In this document: positions 60,591 to 64,000 of the stretch, piece after piece | Numbering within the stretch: the stretch's first letter is position 1 | Layout: each line of letters opens with the position of its first letter | NCBI GenBank assembly: GCA_963751455.1 | Contig: CAVVUN010000003.1 | Location: 352,001-416,000 of the forward strand | DNA: 64,000 nt | Origin: Nitrospirota bacterium | GTDB lineage: Bacteria > Nitrospirota > UBA9217 | Direction of reading: 5' to 3' | Notes under the pieces: generated by a model | Database searches by the model: none | Told to the model about the DNA's origin: nothing | The model's input: the letters and a program-made list of their open reading frames with translations, nothing else | Program-made: the position numbers and the translations under genes

Positions 60591-60911
60591 ATGTCTAAAA
60601 ATATTATCAGCAATTTGATGAAACAAGCCCAGCAGATGCAGGAGCGGGTAAAGAAGCTTCAGGAAGAGGCAGCCGGCAAGACCGTAGAGGCATCGTCCGG
60701 CGGCGGCATGGTTACCGTTGTTGCAAACGGCAGGCAGGAAGTGGTTTCGATCAAGATCGACGCTTCTGTTGTAGATCCAAAGGACGTCGAGATGCTGCAA
60801 GACCTGGTTACCGCGGCCGTAAATGAGGCCCTCAGGAAATCACAGGATCTCATGAAAGAAGAGATGGCCCGGCTTACCGCCGGCATGGGTATTCCTCCAG
60901 GGCTTATATAA
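60591..60911 (+). CDS. ybaB: YbaB/EbfC nucleoid-associated protein
   Basis: MKQAQQMQ, SGGGMV, EMLQDLV.AAVNEA. Confidence 0.95.
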   Translation: MSKNIISNLMKQAQQMQERVKKLQEEAAGKTVEASSGGGMVTVVANGRQEVVSIKIDASVVDPKDVEMLQDLVTAAVNEALRKSQDLMKEEMARLTAGMGIPPGLI

Positions 60912-60974
60912 TAATTGCACGATTACGGGATGCGGAATGAACATCGACTTCGCACTTGACGCCGCAGTTCGAAC

Positions 60975-61682
60975 TTGAACAGGGAGCGCGTCGGTCAGGA
61001 CAGGACGGCGGCGGTGAAAGAACAAGACAGAAGTCAACCGCCTGCAGGCGCGAAGCGGCACGCTAAAGCGGCCGCTCAAGCCGCCCAGGTCTCAGGCAAG
61101 ACTCTCGCCAGGATGGTCGAGGCCTTCATGAGGTTTCCCGGCATAGGCAAAAAAAGCGCAGAGCGGCTCTCCTTTGCGGTGCTCGGCATGACAAGGGAAG
61201 ACGCGGCCGGGATTGCCCAGGCGATTCTCGATCTTAAGAACAATACCCGCTACTGTTCGGTATGCAACAATATTACCGAAGATGAAGTATGCAGCATCTG
61301 CAGGGACGTTACACGAGACACATCCCGGCTCTGTGTTGTTGAAGAGCCGAGCAACATCCTTATTCTCGAAAAGACCGGCATATTCAGGGGCCGTTACCAT
61401 GCGCTTCTTGGCGCACTATCCCCGCTCGACGGCATAGGGCCCGAGGACTTGAAGATCGAAGGCCTGATGGAGCGGATCCGGACGGGCGGGATCAAAGAAG
61501 TAATCATCGCGACGAACCCCACCGTAAAGGGCGAAACCACGGCCCTCTATCTTTTAAAGATGATCAAGCCGTTCGGCGTCACGGTAAGCCGTATTGCCTA
61601 CGGCCTCCCGGTTGGCGGAGATATCGAGTACGCCGACGAGAACACGGTCCAGCGGGCGCTCGAAGGCAGAAGAGAAATGTAA
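60975..61682 (+). CDS. recR: Recombination mediator RecR (start uncertain)
   Basis: PGIGKKSAERL, CSVC..C.IC, ATNPTVKGETTA, RIAYGLPVG. Confidence 0.95.
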   Translation: MNRERVGQDRTAAVKEQDRSQPPAGAKRHAKAAAQAAQVSGKTLARMVEAFMRFPGIGKKSAERLSFAVLGMTREDAAGIAQAILDLKNNTRYCSVCNNITEDEVCSICRDVTRDTSRLCVVEEPSNILILEKTGIFRGRYHALLGALSPLDGIGPEDLKIEGLMERIRTGGIKEVIIATNPTVKGETTALYLLKMIKPFGVTVSRIAYGLPVGGDIEYADENTVQRALEGRREM

Positions 61683-61690
61683 AACAATTT

Positions 61691-61858
61691 GTAACTACTC
61701 AGGTCATTTTTTTATCCGCAGATTACGCAGATTTCGCAGATAAAAACAAAACCAGAATTCCGGTTTTAGAATCTGCGTCAATCTGCGAAATCTGCGGATA
61801 GAAGGGCTTTTTCTTAGATTTGTCTTAATGCTGTTCTGAAAAGAAGCTGAATGGTTAC
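61691..61858. mobile_element. MITE with 12-bp terminal inverted repeats and 8-bp target duplication
   Basis: GTAACTACTCAG...CTGAATGGTTAC flanked by AACAATTT on both sides; internal cgcagat 9-mer palindrome. Confidence 0.8.
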
Positions 61859-62003
61859 AACAATTTTATTTGCAAATTGGAAAATTCAAGAGTTAAAATT
61901 GCAAATTTTTGGTGTGCCTTCGGCACAACATAACGTAAATCAATTTCCATTTTGAAATTTGCATTTTGCAATTTTCAATAATCAGTGTTCTCGGAGGTTT
62001 GTT

Positions 62004-62579
62004 ATGGCAGAAATGATAGAAATCAGGTGGCACGGCAGAGGCGGCCAGGGCACGGTAACTGCGGCCAAGGTGCTTGCGGATGCATGTCTTTCGGGCGGCC
62101 GCCAGGTGCAGGCCTTCCCGGAATACGGGCCCGAGCGGGCCGGAGCGCCGCTTCGCGCATACAACAGGATCAGCGAGAAGGTACTGCGCATGCACTGTCC
62201 GGTTCTGAATCCGGGCGTGGTTGCCGTAGTCGACGCCTCGCTCCTGGACGCGATCAACGTTGCCGAGGGCGCGAAAGACGATGCCGTTTTCGTCGTGAAC
62301 ACCAGCAAGGACCCGCAGGAGGTGAGGGCGAAGTTAAAGGCGAAGCCCTCGCAGAAGGTGTTTACGGTCGATGCCAGCAAAATCGCAGTAGAAACAATCG
62401 GCCGGGCCATGCCGAACGCATCCATGCTCGGTGCCGTCAACAAGGCGACCGGAATCGTAAGCATGGAAGTGCTGCTCGATGATGTTAAGGGAAGCTTCGG
62501 CAAGAAGTTTGTCCAAAAAATCATCGACGGGAATCTCGCGGCTGTCAAACGCGGGTACGAGGAGGTAAAGCAGGGATGA
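62004..62579 (+). CDS. porC: Pyruvate/2-oxoacid:ferredoxin oxidoreductase gamma subunit
   Basis: EIRWHGRGGQG, FPEYGPERAGAP. Confidence 0.93.
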   Translation: MAEMIEIRWHGRGGQGTVTAAKVLADACLSGGRQVQAFPEYGPERAGAPLRAYNRISEKVLRMHCPVLNPGVVAVVDASLLDAINVAEGAKDDAVFVVNTSKDPQEVRAKLKAKPSQKVFTVDASKIAVETIGRAMPNASMLGAVNKATGIVSMEVLLDDVKGSFGKKFVQKIIDGNLAAVKRGYEEVKQG

Positions 62580-62869
62580 AACAGATGAACTGGAAAGAAC
62601 TGCCGCATGCAGGCACCGTATTGAAGGCCGGCAACGCGCATGACTATAAAACCGGATCGTGGCGGTCATCCAAGCCGCGCTGGATCGAGGAGAACTGCAT
62701 TCAATGCATGTTCTGCTGGATTTATTGTCCGGATTCAGCCGTAAAGGTAAAAGATGAAAAAATGACAGGGTTCGATTACGACCACTGCAAGGGCTGCGGT
62801 GTGTGCGCCATGGAATGCCCGGGCAAGAAGGGCAACAAGGCGATTGTGATGGAAGAGGAGGGCAAATAA
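62576..62869 (+). CDS. porD: Pyruvate/2-oxoacid:ferredoxin oxidoreductase delta subunit
   Basis: TGSWR, CIQCMFCWIYCP, CKGCGVCAMECP. Confidence 0.93.
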   Translation: MKQMNWKELPHAGTVLKAGNAHDYKTGSWRSSKPRWIEENCIQCMFCWIYCPDSAVKVKDEKMTGFDYDHCKGCGVCAMECPGKKGNKAIVMEEEGK

Positions 62870-62870
62870 C

Positions 62871-64000
62871 ATGGCTGCTACTGCAACGAAGATCAAAGCG
62901 GTCACCGGTAACCAGGCGGTTGCCGAGGCGCTCCGCCAGCTGAATCCCGATGTCATGCCGGCGTACCCCATTACACCGTCGACCGACATCATGCAGCGCT
63001 ACACCGAGTTCGTATCAAACGGCAAGGTGGACACCGAAATTATTCTCGTTGAAAGCGAGCACAGCGCGATGAGCGCGGCCATCGGGGCTGCGGCCGCGGG
63101 GGGCAGGGTCGCGACCGCGACTAGTTCCCAGGGCATGGCGCTCATGTGGGAAATGCTCCATATCGCATCGGGATACCGGCTGCCGATTCTGATGGCGCTT
63201 GTAAACAGGGCGCTTTCCGCGCCGCTCAATATCCACGGTGACCATTCGGACGGCATGGGAATGCGCGACTGCAGCTGGATACAGCTTTTTTCGGAAAGCG
63301 CCCAGGAAGCGTATGACAACACGATTATGGCATATCGCATCGCAGAGCACAAAGACGTGCGGCTCCCGATCGCGGTCAACATGGACGGTTTCATTATCAG
63401 CCATTCAATCGAGAGCATGCAGTTCATGACCGATGACGACGTTAAGAAGTTCGTCGGCGACTATCTTGCAGTTGACCCCCTACTCGATCTCGATAATCCA
63501 AAGAGCATCGGCGCACTGGTGCTCCCCGATTATTATATGGAACACAAGCGTGCGCAGCATGAGGCAATGCAGAACGTAAAGAAAGTCGTCCAGGAAGTAT
63601 CCGCTGAATTCGCCAAACTGACCGGCCGGAAATACGAACTGTTCGAATCCTACCGGCTGGATGATGCCGATGTGGTACTCGTTGCGCTTAACTCCGCAGC
63701 CGGCACAATTAAGGACGAGATCGACCATTACCGGGAGAAAGGCGTGAAGGCAGGGCTGCTGAAGCCGAGGATGTTCAGGCCGTTCCCGTATGAAGAAGTC
63801 GGGGCCGCTCTCCGGAATGCAAAGGCTGTATGTGTCATGGATCGCGCGGATTCATACGGCGGATACGGACCGCTTTTCATGGAAATTGCCTCGGCCCTCT
63901 ATGCTCATCGCCAGGGCCCGGTTCTGTTTAACAAGATCTACGGCCTCGGAGGCAGGGACCTTATGCCGCATGACGTGGACAAGGTGATTGACGAAACCGT
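62871..64000 (+). CDS. porA: Pyruvate/2-oxoacid:ferredoxin oxidoreductase alpha subunit (3'-truncated by window edge)
   Basis: Read manually from ATG 62871: TGNQAVAEA, AYPITPST, VESEHSA, TATSSQG, NRALSAPLNIHGDHSD. Confidence 0.93.
   Translation, partial: MAATATKIKAVTGNQAVAEALRQLNPDVMPAYPITPSTDIMQRYTEFVSNGKVDTEIILVESEHSAMSAAIGAAAAGGRVATATSSQGMALMWEMLHIASGYRLPILMALVNRALSAPLNIHGDHSDGMGMRDCSWIQLFSESAQEAYDNTIMAYRIAEHKDVRLPIAVNMDGFIISHSIESMQFMTDDDVKKFVGDYLAVDPLLDLDNPKSIGALVLPDYYMEHKRAQHEAMQNVKKVVQEVSAEFAKLTGRKYELFESYRLDDADVVLVALNSAAGTIKDEIDHYREKGVKAGLLKPRMFRPFPYEEVGAALRNAKAVCVMDRADSYGGYGPLFMEIASALYAHRQGPVLFNKIYGLGGRDLMPHDVDKVIDET

Overview
Bacterial chromosomal window around the replication origin. 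The gene content suggests an anaerobe of Nitrospirota or deltaproteobacterial type (inference only). (1) 1-3 kb: 3' part of a large single-chain purL. (2) 3-13.8 kb: accessory island with two small-ORF/nucleotidyltransferase pairs, an inactivated long-form integron integrase and at least three attC sites with toxin-antitoxin cassettes. Nested mobile DNA here includes an IS200/IS605-like MITE, a RAYT-type transposase fragment with 19-bp terminal inverted repeats, a group II intron and an IS1380 remnant. (3) 15-35.4 kb: a probably sigma54-controlled cluster with two MtaA/CmuA-type Zn methyltransferases, an MtrH-type methyltransferase, a corrinoid protein, a RACo activator, an HdrE/HdrD-like pair, and methanogen-type coenzyme M biosynthesis genes (cysteate synthase plus fused ComDE). 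This is a candidate bacterial CoM-linked methyl-transfer/heterodisulfide system and the main finding. (4) 38-64 kb: core genes yidC-yidD-rnpA-rpmH, a displaced oriC candidate, dnaA-dnaN-gyrB-gyrA, serS with four tRNA-Ser genes, tRNA-Arg/tadA, SRP RNA, dnaX-ybaB-recR and porCDA. Very small palindromic elements occur throughout, some nested and inserted in frame in purL and comDE. All calls are from motif recognition by eye; no database searches were run.
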